A stretch of 64,000 nucleotides of DNA, from NCBI GenBank assembly GCA_965287045.1, contig OZ336874.1:71858001-71922000 (forward strand), in the 5' to 3' direction. A program made the position numbers and the translations under genes. The stretch is from Carcharhinus amblyrhynchos. Taxonomy: Eukaryota. The notes beneath the pieces are model-generated. The model was given only the letters and a program-made list of their open reading frames with translations. It had not been told where the DNA came from and made no database searches. Positions 12,525 through 24,108 of the stretch are shown here, in pieces; the stretch's first letter is position 1, and the number at the start of each line of letters is the position of its first letter.

Positions 12525-13680
12525 TACAGGGTATGTGTGTCACTGGCTAGATCAGCGTTTATTGTTCATCCATTATTCTGCATAAGAAGGCAGTGATAAG
12601 CTGTCTTCTTAACACTGCATTCTATGTGGTGCAGTTAGCCCATGGTACTAATAGGAAGTGAGTCCCAGATTCTTAACCCAATGATGGTGAAGGAAAGACA
12701 GTGAAGGAACTCCCAAGTCAGAATGGTATGTGGCTTGGAGGGGAACTTTCTAGTGGTGGTGCTCTTATGCATTGTGGAGGTGATAGGTTAGCCGTGTTAT
12801 TGCTAGACTATTAATCCAGAAACTCAGCTAATGTTCTGGGGACCTGGGTTCGAATCCTGCCCTGGCAGCTGGTAGAATTTGAATTCAATAAAAAATATTT
12901 GGAATTAAGAGTCTACTGATGACCATGAAACCATTGTTGATTTTTGGAAAAACCCATCTGGTTCACTAATGGCCTTTAGGGAAGGAAATCTGCCGTCCTC
13001 ACCTGTTCTGACCCACATGTGACTCCAGAGCCACAGCAATGCAGTTGACTCTCAACTGTTTTCTAAAATGGCCTAACAAGCTACCCTGTTTCAAAGGCAA
13101 CTAGGAATGGGCAATAAATGCTGGCCAACTAGTGGTGCTCATGTCACATGAATGAAAGAAAAATCTGCTGCCCTGTCCTTCTAGATGGAGGAGGTCATGG
13201 ATTTGGAAAGTGCTGTCAGAGCGACTGGTTTTCAGATGGTGTGCTGTGCCCATGAAAAGGGTGTAAGTGTGTTGCAGCCACTGGCACACCCACGTGCACA
13301 CCTTTGCATCAAGCCACCTGACAAACTCCAACCCTTCAACTGGTGGTGCAATCACACCAGTTATTTCTCCCCAGTGGGAGCCATTGGTCTAAGGAGCATA
13401 GGTGAGTTGCTGCAGTGCATTTTGTAAATGGTACCCATTGCTGCTACTGTGCATTAGTGGTGGAGGGAGTATGTTAGTGAAAGGAATGAAATCAAGCAGG
13501 TTTCTTTGTCTTGGATGATGTCAAGCTTCTTGAGTGTTGCTAGAGTTGCATTCATCCAGGCAAGTGGAGATTGTTACTATCACACTCCTGACTTGTGCCT
13601 TGTTGATTGTGGACAGGCTCTGGGAAGTTAGGAGGTGAGTTATGATCAGCAGAGTTCCCCACTTGCCCTTGTAGATACTT
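12525..13680 (-). mobile_element. CR1/Zenon-like LINE 3' fragment, interrupted by a SINE (12775-13163)
   Basis: Minus-strand translation resembles LTSQSLSTINKAQVRSV..SPLAWMNA..TLKKLDIIQDK..LHH..TVAA..TIYKMHCSNSP. Collinear with 26640-27250. Confidence 0.75.
12775..13163 (+). mobile_element. tRNA-derived SINE, full length, whose 3' tail matches the Zenon-like LINE
   Basis: Perfect B box GGTTCGAATCC at 12847-12857. Tail GGCAACTAGGAATGGGCAATAAATGCTGGCC..ATGAATGAAAGAAAAA. Other copies at 15025-15200, 30288-30570 and 40820-41185. Confidence 0.85.
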
Positions 13681-13925
13681 GGCAGAACCATTCCAGAATC
13701 ACACTAAGTGTGGTAGTGGGAGGGACAAAAGTCAGTTAACCTGATTGTTCCAATGGTGGGTTTCTGTGCTGTATTGCCCATCTGCTTCCAAGAACTAGCT
13801 GGTTCATTAATAATGCGTTAACAATAAACATATCAGTGGAAGGCCACTGCAACATCCCCTATCCCTGCTGTGGCCACAGGAGATTTACCAGAATCACCCA
13901 ACCAGGAGTCTGGAAAGAGTCATCC
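13681..13925. mobile_element. MITE-like element
   Basis: Imperfect inverted termini GGCAGAACCATTCCAGA ... TCTGGAAAGAGTCATCC, resembling the GGGCRGRAT ends of the other MITEs. Confidence 0.45.
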
Positions 13926-14045
13926 AAACTTTAAATGTCAGTTCTGTTCTCTGTCCACAGATGCTGTCAGATCTACTGAAATTTTCCATCATTTTCTCCT
14001 TTTGCTTTACATTCCAACATCCACAGTAATTTATTTTGTCTTATA
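13926..14045 (+). mobile_element. Penelope-like family B tail
   Basis: TCTCTGTCCACAGATGCTGTCAGATCTACTGAAATTTTCC..ACATTCCAACATCCACAGTAATT. Confidence 0.65.
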
Positions 14046-14687
14046 TGAGACCATGAGAGTTTAAAAGGGAAACCCAAATGCTGAAGATACAAGATCAGTG
14101 ATGTTTTGTTTTTAGGGAGTCCATAGGAATGCTCCAACAGCAAATTCCACTGGAGTGGTAATTGAGTCAGATTGTACTCCACTCACAATCATTTATCTTG
14201 AAATCCAGTTACTCTTATCTCATTCAGTCTTCCAACTCAGGGTGGGGTAGTGGGAGATGGGGGTAAGATAGGATCCTATGGAGTGGGGGGAAGGTGAGGT
14301 AATAGGGGAGGGATAGTGGGTGAAGTCCAATCAGGGTTGGGGAGAGTGGGATGCACCCTTGATGTTTGGGATGTTCAGCACAAGTTACTGAGAAGCTAGA
14401 AGTGGTTTAAATTCTTTTAACTTTCTCTGGCTAACTATTTTATATGACAGTCAGAAACATCCAATGTCTGGAAATTTCAATCACATTTTTGATGGTTCCT
14501 AGTGCAGGGCAATTGCCCTAAAAGAAGTTGGAATTTCCCAGGAAATTAACAGTGCAATCCTTACCTGGCACTGTCTGAAGTGAAGTGGAAGTGGAGGGTG
14601 GTAGGGGGGAATGGTAGTTTCCCGGAGCACCTTTGAGGGCCACCCCAGACACACTGCCCTGGAGCTCAGGGGTTATTGCCCACATCT

Positions 14688-14987
14688 AGAATCACAGAAT
14701 CCCTACAGTGTAGGAGGAGGCCATTGGGTCCATCAAGTCTGCACCGACCATAATCACACCCAGGCCCTATTCCCGTAACTCCACATATTTACCTTACTTA
14801 TCTCCCTGACACTAGGGTTAATTTAACATGGCCAATCAATCTAATCCACACATTCAGAAACCGGAGCACCCGGAGGAAACCCACACAGACACAGGGAGAT
14901 TCTGCAAAGTGACCTGGGGCCAGAACTGAACGCGGGTCCCTGGTGCTGTGAGGCAGCAGTACTAACCACCGTGCCATCATGCTGCCC
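14688..14987 (-). mobile_element. HE1-type V-SINE with small internal deletions
   Basis: Collinear with 5427-5764 (AGAATCACAGAATCCCTACAGTG ... GCAGCAGTACTAACCACCGTGCCA). Confidence 0.9.
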
Positions 14988-15024
14988 TAATATTTCAAAT
15001 CCTATGTTAAGGCTTTGAACTGTA

Positions 15025-15200
15025 AGTGAACCAGATGGATTTTTATGAAATGGTTTCATGGTCATCATTATGCTTTAATTCCAAATTTTTAAAAAATTCA
15101 AATTTCACTATCTGCTGCGGTTTTGAAGCCAGTGCCCAGAGCATTATCCTGGATCTCTGGATTGCTAATGCAGTGTTAATACTACTTCTCCACTGCCTCC
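15025..15200 (-). mobile_element. 5' half of the tRNA-derived SINE (12775 family)
   Basis: AGTGAACCAGATGGATTTT..ATGGTTTCATGGTCATCA..TTAATTCCAAA..CCCAGAGCATTA..TCTCTGGATT is the reverse complement of 12800-12968. Confidence 0.75.
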
Positions 15201-15367
15201 AACTAGTACTTTTACTTTCTAGTTCATTTTAAAGACTATTGTTTTTCAACATTTCTGAAATTATTTAATTGACAAAAGAAAAATCAGAGTCACTCCTGAT
15301 ACTCAAACTTCTCTGGGGGTTGGCATTTTGATTTATTCTCATGCATTTTCCTTTTCCCTCTGTCCTT

Positions 15368-15500
15368 GTCTCACCTGATGAAGGGGCAGCGCTCTGAAAG
15401 CTAGTGGCTTGTGCTACTACATAAACGTGTGGGACTTTAACCTCACGTTGTGAGACTTCTTACGGTGTTTACCCCAGTCCAACACCGGCATCTCTACACC
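15368..15500 (+). mobile_element. Short Penelope-like repeat, family A (pLTR end plus 3' extension)
   Basis: ATAAAC-TGT-GGACTTTAACCT..GTTGTGAGACTTCTTAC-GTGTTTACCCCAGTCCAACACCGGCATCTC, shared with 29545-29655, 33210-33295 and 43230-43275. The family is physically linked to GIY-YIG-type coding sequence at 33611-33770. Confidence 0.85.
15372..15406 (+). ncRNA. Minimal type I hammerhead ribozyme, catalytic core intact (family A)
   Basis: CAC-CUGAUGA-A-GGGGC-AGC-GCUCU-GAAA-GC-UA-GUG. Stem I is CAC/GUG, stem II is 5 bp, the core CUGANGA and GAAA are intact, palindromic AGCU replaces helix III, and predicted cleavage is after CUA (15403). Confidence 0.78.
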
Positions 15501-16009
15501 TTGTCTCATGGCCATTCATTTTTATTTCCTTGTCCTTTCTGCGCCACTCCAGCCTGAGTCCTGGACCTAATTCCAGGCACTCTTTTGCTCCCTAATTCAT
15601 GTGGTGGGTGAGAACTTCTACCTACAGTTCACAATGGACAGCATCATTAGCAGCAACTTGGGGCCAGAGGTTCTGATCTATGTTGGTCTTTGGCACAAAG
15701 CACCGATGCATATCGAATGCATGGGTTATGAAGCTGCCCACATGTATGCATAATTAACCGATGTCTTCCTTGCAAATACATATTATCTTTGCATATATGT
15801 GTAATGAATATTTCATTCCTACCAAATAAAGCAAAAAAAGGCTGTGGATTTGCATTGAAAATAATAGAAATTCCTGCTTATTCAAGAATGCCAGAATTGC
15901 ATTGCTTGGTATCTGTACATGCATATTTGAAATTTTAAATTGCCCCAAATTAAATATCGCATAGCAATGAAAATGAAGTTTTAATAACTAAAGAGGTTCA
16001 GGGAAAGTT

Positions 16010-16360
16010 ACCAATCTGAAGATTAAATGTTTCTCTCTCCACAGTTGTTGCCAGGCCTGCTGAGCATTTCCATAGAAACACTACAGCGCACGAGGAGGCC
16101 ATTTGGCCCACTGAATCAGCACTGACAACAATCCCACCCAAGCCCTATCCTTATAACACCGCAAAATCCCCTTGACCACTAAGGGACAATCCCGCCCCGA
16201 CCGGTTTCCTTTAACCCCCAAGTATTTACCCCACTAATTCCCCTAACCTACACATTTTGAAGCACTAAGGGGCAATTTAGCCAATACATCTAAGCTGCAC
16301 ATCTTTGCAGTGTTTCCTGTTTTTATTTCGGTTTTGTTTTAGCATCCGCTGTATTCTGTT
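16010..16360. mobile_element. Penelope-like family B tail (+) split by an HE1 SINE 3' fragment (-, ~16071-16306)
   Basis: TCTCTCTCCACAGTTGTTGCCAGGCCTGCTGAGCATTTCCA [HE1 tail] GTGTTTCCTGTTTTTATTTCGG..AGCATCCGCTGTATT. Confidence 0.7.
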
Positions 16361-17299
16361 TGGTGATTGTAGTAAGAAGTCTCACAACGCCAGGTTGACA
16401 CCGATACGGCAAACATTTTGTGTTACTGCAGCATGTGTGCTTTTCACTGTTTACCAATGCAGTGCAATAATAAATCAAATCAGTTTAAATGTAGAGGTGT
16501 ATTTCTGTACTCGGTCAGTTACCCTTGCTGTGTGCTACAATCCGGGAAAGCGGATGCCTTACAGCAGTTTGAAGTGACCGCGGCCAGGTACCAATACAAT
16601 GAGAACAGCGGAAGGCGAAACTATTCAACATTTACCAAGAGTTCTCTCCGCTGCAAAAAGTACAAGTTGACATAAGTATGCAATTTCGGGTGTGCTGAAT
16701 TTGCAGTTTGCCGATTTGCGCTCTCTTTCTGTCGATGCCATTGTCTCCCCTGTCTTTCCACCTTTCATTATTTGCCCAACCTCCCGTTTCTCGCCTCATT
16801 TTTTGTCTGAAGCAGTCCGCAAGTCGTTCACTCATTTATCGCCCTGTTTAACCCATCCCCCCTCTCCATTCTTTAAAACCTAATTGAAACGCCTGGTTAG
16901 GTTTGCAGTTTGAGGAAATGTGCTGCATCCAAAGTGTAAATTGAAATAGAAACAAGACAGGAATAAAGTTAGAGGGATGTTTGCTAATTACAGTCGCTGA
17001 CTGACCCTCTGTTTGTTTTCTCTCTGTTTTCATTTCGGATTTCCAGTCATTGAAGTTCCGCCCCAAGTTTACATTAGATCTCTTCTGGTGGATATCAGAG
17101 GAAGGTCCGGATTTGAAGTCAACCAAAAAAAAAGCCCAGCTAGTAAAAATATACAAACCAAATTAAGGGAGGGTTGGAGAAAAAATTGATGGTTTTTGTT
17201 TGTTCTTCGACGTGTATGAAAAAACAAATAAAACTTTATTTTGAATGAATATATGTAATTATTTGAGGAGGGATTGTTGCCCGTACCCTGAAATTAAGA

Positions 17300-17720
17300 G
17301 TCTATTATTAATAGAATCGATCCTGACCGTTCAAAACGGATTGGCTCTCGGGCTAAGCCCAAGCTGGCAGTCGTTTCCAAAATGCCAGTGGACTATCCAG
17401 GATCTCTGATTATTCTCTTGGCACCGAGTGAGTGTTTAATTCTCAAAAACGCCGCCCCATAAATGTTTGAGCTGACGGCGAATGGGATGTGGGTGCGACT
17501 CCGGAGCGGCGGAGCCCACTCCCGGGTGCCTGAATAAAGCGAAGAAGAAGCTGCAGTCCCGATCCCGGGGAGGAGTCCAGGCCAGGATTTGAGTGTTGCC
17601 TGCCTCCAAATCGGATAGGCAGTGACAGCTGGAGTTGGGAGGCAGGGATGGGGGTAGGAGAGGGGGCACTTACTGGCTCTGCCTGCCCCGCACTGCTCCA
17701 CATAAGATGAGTCGGAGCTG
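17300..17720 (+). promoter_or_regulatory. SEMA6A: Probable SEMA6A core promoter within a CpG-rich region (~16.4-19.6 kb)
   Basis: Marked CpG/GC enrichment against a CpG-depleted background, essentially repeat-free. Inverted CCAAT (ATTGG 17340-44), GC box CCGCCCC (~17452), TGACAG (~17622), and a strong donor downstream. The TSS position is inferred. Confidence 0.6.
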
Positions 17721-18173
17721 GTGTGTGTGTAGCCAAGCCCGCGGTTGCCTGCTGTGACAGGGAACCCCCCGGGCCAGGAGGCTTCTTCATAACCTTATCC
17801 AGCAGCCTTGGAGGAGAAGAGAGAAGCCGGGACTTGACCCAAGTTCTCCCCCCACCCCACACACACACATACACTGCCTCCCCCCTTGGTAATCGGGTGG
17901 AATTGCTGATGCTTTCCTGAGTGGATTTCTGGGTCATTGTGAAAAGAAAAGAGGGTTTTGTTTTGTTTGGAGCAGCAAAAGTTCCACATGTTTGTTGGGC
18001 TGCTTGGGGAAACAGCCGAGTTACTCTGCCCCTTGTCAAGACCAGGCACATGTACCTTCAGAGCGGCTGACAAGCGCGGTGTGTGTGGATCAAATTGGCC
18101 AGAGATAGCCTTAAATGGATTACTAATGAGACAGCCGGTTCGTTCCCCTCGCTTGCCTTTGCAAAGCCAGAAG
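17700..18173 (+). other. SEMA6A: Probable non-coding exon 1 (5' UTR) of SEMA6A; start approximate
   Basis: Strong donor AAG|GTAAGA at 18173/18174 inside the CpG-rich region, followed by a pyrimidine-rich tract. The first coding exon begins with an acceptor, so an upstream non-coding exon is required, as in mammalian SEMA6A. Confidence 0.62.
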
Positions 18174-21100
18174 GTAAGAGTGCTGAACGCGGCTCGGCAT
18201 CTTTTTGTTTGTTTCTGCAGGCTGCGAGCACCGGTTCTTTGTTATTTGTGAGTGCCCTTTCCTTGGGATTTGTTCTTGCTAATTGTTCACCCTCGGCAGT
18301 GAGCAGATCCACAGGGAGCCCGAGTGTATGGAGCTGGGGCTGGAACCTGGAGTCTGATTCTCAGCTCCTGTGGATTGCTGCTCACTGGTGTTAAATATCG
18401 CTTCTGGATTCGTGTTTTCTCCCGATAAATGCTGAGTCTGGTTTTAACATCAGAACCTCAAAGCATAAATCACAGTTTTCTATCTGGTAGACAATGCATA
18501 AACCACATCATTTAAAAAAAACTGTTCCGACGGGCGGTTTCTTGCTATTTATTGAAGTTGCCTTCAAAATTTTTGTATCTTGTTTGCTTCTTTAAATTAA
18601 AATATTGCCTTTTTTCAACTGTTTTTACCGCCCGGGCGTACAAAGATGTTTTGCTTGGTAACTCTAGTAAGCGGCTCGAGTGTATTTACAAAGGGCTTTG
18701 CACAGACGTACTTACTGAGGCTCCAGGATTTGGTGGAGCAAGCGCTCAGATTTGTGCTGTGTGTGTATTTACTCTCTGCTCTGAGAGTAGGGGGTGGGTA
18801 AGGGGCTGCAGCAGCAGACCCTATTGCTGTGCTGTGTGTACCGAGCTATTCCCCTGATCAACATTAGAAACAGTCTGAAAATTCCCCACGTGTTTTTTTT
18901 TGGAGGGGGAGGGCGGTGGATGGTGTTCTGATCTGACAGCAGTCTAGTTGGAACATTAAACACCTGGAAAGCAGAGGAGGGTCGCCTCTGTGAGGGGGGC
19001 AGGGAGAGAGAGGGAGAGAAGTTTGGATATGCAGCTGCTAAAAAGCATATAGGAGCTGGTCCGTTTTCTCTGCATGACAAGGGTACGGGAGTGTCTCTCT
19101 CGGAGTTGGGGGGGTGGGTGGTTAGAAGCGTGGAGCACGGGGGTCAGGCCAGAGGTTACAGTCCAACAGCTGCTTTAGCGGGAAGGCTGTGTGGCAATAA
19201 CACCCAGCAGATTTCATACAGTGGCTGGCGGAGGAGACCCTTCTTTTGGCCCTCACCGTTTATCTGTTGTGAAAGGGGAGATGAACCGCGTTTACTGCTC
19301 AATATGTAGTGGGTTACACAAATCTGCATTTTAAGTGTGTCTGTGTGGCTGGCGGGATACCTTGACTGCAGTGGAAATAGTCCCCAGAGACCCAGCTCCC
19401 CATGCATCACAGAGCTGGTGTCAGAATTAAATTGGCCTGAGCCAGTATATATTTCTGCTTGTTGGTCGTGTGGTCGCGCAGATGCTTATCAGTGCGCGTA
19501 CAGAAAGTATAAATGCATATCGTGGTTAGGCCTGTCGGACCACAGAAATAAAATGCAATCACTGAGTGGGAAAAAAATCTGTACTTCAAAATTGGCTTTG
19601 TGTGCGTGCGGATCCTAGTCTTGAGTTATGGCTCAGCTAGGGATCTTCATCTATTAATCATGGAAGCTACTTATTTATTCAGTTTCCATAGTTTCAAAGC
19701 CTCTGATAGTGTTTTAGTGTCTTGGGAATGGCTTGAAATACAGTAGGGCCACATGCTCACAGCCTTTCTGTAGTATGGACCTTTTTTATTGAAAAAAGGC
19801 TTCAGTGTTTGACGACAGCTTCCTTCCTTCTGTTCCTGCCTCTGGTGTGAACTTTGGGTACAGAGACTTTGCTCAGTGTTGCTGCTGCTGGTTTAGTTTG
19901 GGCAGTAGAAGCTTTCTATTTATCAAATGACACATGTAGAGTAAAATGATGGCCTCTCCAATCAGCATTGAGTATTTGCAAATGCCAGTCATGATTTCAT
20001 GATTATTCATCAGCAGATGCTATGTTTTCTCATTACAACCTTATGCCGGAAACAAATATTCCATATGGATGTGTCTGACACTTGGAAGTGTTAACCCAGT
20101 TTTTTTTATATATCAAACTGCTCTGTGGCTTTCCCATAGGCCACGACCGAGTGACAGACTGCCTCGTTTTGTTAAGCAGAGCAACGTAGGTGTCTATGAG
20201 TATGTTGATGTTTGTGTACACGAGAGGGTGTTTATATTTTCTACACGTTAACGTTCTTGTCACAATGCTGGTCTAGGAATCGCGATTCCTCTTTCAGAAA
20301 GGGCTGAGTGACAACGTGGGGGGTTAGGAGCATCCAATCAGTCCCAGCAGCATCCACAGTCCCCCTCAGCCCCTTCCCACATACTTCGCAGGAAGGGATG
20401 GGGCTTGCTGCTCCTTCCACTTTTCCCTCCTTTGCCCGCTTTTTGTTCTGTGCTCCATCTGGTGGCCTGACCAAGAATTGGAGCAACCAGTAAGGCCAGC
20501 TGAGTTCAAATCTCCGCCGAGATGAGGATTCAAAGGTGGGACCCTCTTTGAGAGTGGGATTCGTGCATCGCGCTGTTTTTGAGATATCGCCTTACCTTCG
20601 GAGTGAAAGGTGTTATCCCAAGCCTGGCATTGTGCTAATGTATCGGGTTGCAGAGGCGCAATAAAAATGTGTCCTCGTAAATCCTTCCATTGTGATTTGC
20701 TGGGAGGAGAAGTGTAATGTTGTGATCTGATATGAGTGAAACATTACTGGATCAAAGGCTGGTCATGCTCACAGGACTTGCTACACAAACCTGATTGTCT
20801 GCCGCTCCTGGCTCTGCAGGATAAGGACTTGGGCTGGCGTTGGAATGTAACAGGGCAAACAAAACGCTGTACTGTCTCATCAGAAAAAGTAAGTTGAGTT
20901 TTTGTGTAGCTGTGATTTGGATTGAATGCCTTTTCACTTTGAAGCTTACAACTGTTTGCCAAACATTACGAATGATTGTTGGATGCATCTTTATTTTGCT
21001 CTCTACATTTGACTGTAATTTGGGTCTGATCCGTGCAACAACAATTTTCTGTGATGAGTGAGGTGTCTGCAAATGTTAGCTTTACTTTTAAAATATCTTG

Positions 21101-21339
21101 ATTTGCTGATGATTTGTTGAAATGCAGCCAGTGGAGAGTTTTAAAATTTGAACACGTTTCCTGAGTACTTCCATGTCTTCCAGTCCGGTATTTCACAGCT
21201 TACCTTGAGGTGCCCTGGCGGATTTCCTTTGCCTCCATATACCCCACATAATCATCTTCAGTGAAAAATGTATTTATTTTTTCATGATTAGCCATAGGAA
21301 ACTTGTTAGTTTTGCTTGCTTGTTACATAACACTGCAAG

Positions 21340-21505
21340 AGTACTGCTGAGTGTCAGCACTACACTCGGAGAGTTAGGACTGGGGAAACTGCCATCTGTA
21401 AGCAAGGTTGCAGAAACCCCTTTAGCCTAGAGATGGAAAGAAAGCCTATGGCACTGCCTCTGAAAACAGCACTGAACGTGTGAAAATGACTGGCTAATGT
21501 CAACA
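21340..21505 (+). mobile_element. DeuSINE (Deu-domain) relic
   Basis: AGTACTGCTGAGTGTCAGCACT..AACTGCCATCTGT..GATGGAAAGAAAGCCTATGGCACT..TGGCTAAT resembles the central part of 52140-52290. Confidence 0.45.
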
Positions 21506-22559
21506 TATGTTCTGTTTTGTTGAGTTTTTTGACGCTTTATTTACTAGTAATAATGAAATTGCAGCATATGGTCTAATATTAGAACTATGTTTCTTTGACA
21601 AACAGCAGTATGACTAATTTATCTTATTGTGTACCTTTCTTTGTATAAATCAGCTTTTGGCTTCCCTTCCAAGCAACACTAGGAGGATCAGATTTAATCA
21701 AAGCCTCTGTGACTGTCTGCACTTTGTTCATTTGTTAAATGCTGAATTTTGGCACCAGATAACTTTTAATCAAATGCAAGCATCGCTAAATCAGATTTAC
21801 CAAACATCAACAGGCAGAATCCTTAGCAGCAGAGCAAAGCTTTTTAACATCCCACTGAGTGAGAATTTTAATCAAATAATGAACTCGAACCAATTCACTG
21901 GCAAGATGAAAGAATTCACCCCATCTGTGCGCGAGATGCTGCAAAGTCACTGCACAAGAAATCTTAAACACATTTTTTTAAGTGCTATGCACTTGAGTTG
22001 GTATTGCAAACACGTTGCAAATGCTGTAACTAATGTAATTCCCATCTAGCACAGTAGGCATAAAATATAGGTCGCACAAAGATGGTAGAACAGGAAGAAA
22101 AGTCACAACTTTTCCAACAATTTATAGTTAATCTTGTAGGCTTTACAAGGAAGGACGGTAACTAAATGCAGCCATTGACAAGACTAACAAGGAAACAGCA
22201 CATACATAGAAGGCCACTAAGATCAATTATTAGTAGCAGTTTTATTGTGTTGTCTTGAAAATCAGCTGAATAAGTGCACCCATTAATAAAACTACATTAC
22301 ACAGGTTTTTGTTCAGATTTTATTGAAACATGATGACGCTCACATTGTCTCAGCTACTAAAAATGGAAATAACAATCAAGCATCCAAGTAACAATCCAAG
22401 AAAAGCATAAATTTATGTATTTGAAGTTAGGATCAGGTAAAATGTTCAGGTAAAATGTACAGTGGTTCAAAAGACCAATTCAGTTCAGAAGTTCAAAAAA
22501 TGTAAAGCACAAATAATTTTCCTAATAAATTAAGCTTAATGTCCTTTGAAGATGTGAAG

Positions 22560-22760
22560 GTTAATTGCCTAATTTAAACTGAGTTAACTGAGCTCTGATG
22601 AGGGGTAGTACAGTTGTTACAATTGGCCTCAATGTCTCCGCGCTGAGAAGAGAATATTCTGAAAGGGTGCATTGTACAGGATGGTGGGGTTGGGACTGGA
22701 TTAGGTTCAGTTGCGATGTCTCCCATGGCCAAATATCATGCCAGTGCTTGCTCTCAGGAG
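22560..22760 (+). mobile_element. Old tRNA-type SINE relic
   Basis: CTGAGTTAACTGAGCTCTG..TTACAATTGGCCTCAATG..GGACTGGATTAGGTTCAGTTGCGATG; same family as 5060-5330. Confidence 0.5.
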
Positions 22761-23909
22761 ATGATTTTGATTGATGGCTACAAAGCATTGGCACATGTAA
22801 ATTTGTACCAGTGGAAATATCTGTTGAAATCTCTTTTCACACAGGGGAAAGAGGGAAAGAAGGTAGTATATACATAAAGGGCAGAAAATGATAATCTGTA
22901 GGTTTGATGCATCTGTCTATTCTGTACATTTCAGAATGAAAATTGCAAACTTTATAGAATGCTATGTGGTATAAGTACTGGAACACAATTTTTGTAAATC
23001 ATGAAGGCAGTGTTGTGTATCTTTCTACAAAAATACAGTTCCCTAGCTTGTTGTGAAGAATATAATGAGTAAAATGTCAAAGATGTGTGTCTGGTTTGCA
23101 GGTTACTCGTGAAAGAGGAAATTTCTCAATTGGTACTGTTCACAATAAAGATGTCAGACAAATGTTAGTTACACTTGTAGCTATTAATCAAAAGTATAGA
23201 CCTTGAGAATTGGAAGCAGTAAATGAAAAGAGATGGGAAGGGATTTGTAATACTGATTGAACTCTGCTAGTGATCACACTGCCCTCTAATGTTTGAATGT
23301 TTACACTGCAGCTGATTGCAGGGACACTTGGCGCTGAAGCTGTTACAAAAGGTTGTACACGTTGATTCTATCCTAACTTGTTAAATCAATAAAATAAATT
23401 ACATTACAACAATAACGAGGGAATCATTGTGCACGAATTGCAGAATGGCTGTCCTGTTTACTTACATAAATCACTCAATTCAGGAAAGTAATTTGTTGGT
23501 ACGCTTTGAGATGTCTCTGCAAGATACTTTGTAAGTCAGTACAGTGTTAAGTGAACACTTGTTACATTAAAAGGACTGGCATGAATTCCCAATTCCAATC
23601 ATGAACATTACTTTTGCAATTTCTTTAAATATTAGCAATTACCAAAATGCATACTTCCTGAAAATGGTTATGCTACAAATTGATTCACTTTGATTTCTAA
23701 TATTCTTATTCTTGCCCCAGCAACCTATTTTTTCCTGATTTTGATGTTGGGGTTTGGGGGAACTGCAAGGTGTTAATCTTGGATTGCCTTTCTGGTTATA
23801 ATACTTTTCTTAAGGAACTGTTGTTATGGGATTAGACACAATGGGTGTTGTGGGGTGGGGAAACCAATCAGACTTTCACCCAGTGGCTACATATGAAGTC
23901 TTGCCAGTA

Positions 23910-24108
23910 AAAGTCCAAAGATGTGCGGGTTAGGCTGATTGGCCATGCTAAAAATTGCCCCTAAGAGTCCTGAGATGCATAGGTTAGAGAGATTAATGGG
24001 TAAATATGTAGGGATATGGGGGTAAGGCCTGGGTGGGATTGTGGTCGGTGTAGACTCAATGGGCCGAATGGCTTCCTTTTGCACTGTAGGTTTTCTATGA
24101 TTCTATGA
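23910..24108 (+). mobile_element. HE1-type V-SINE, 5'-truncated
   Basis: AGTCCAAAGATGTGCGGGTTAGGCTGATTGGCCATGCTAAA..GGGCCGAATGGC..CTATGATTCTATGA; closely matches the reverse complement of 5427-5620. Confidence 0.9.

Noticed and set aside
12775-12870. tRNA gene (perfect B box GGTTCGAATCC)
   Set aside because: No cloverleaf or acceptor stem; it is the head of a multi-copy SINE. The same applies to the HE1 heads.
17443-18051. 202-aa minus-strand ORF and other overlapping ORFs in the CpG-rich region
   Set aside because: No recognisable domain. Long ORFs are expected by chance in GC-rich promoter DNA and several start at non-ATG codons.
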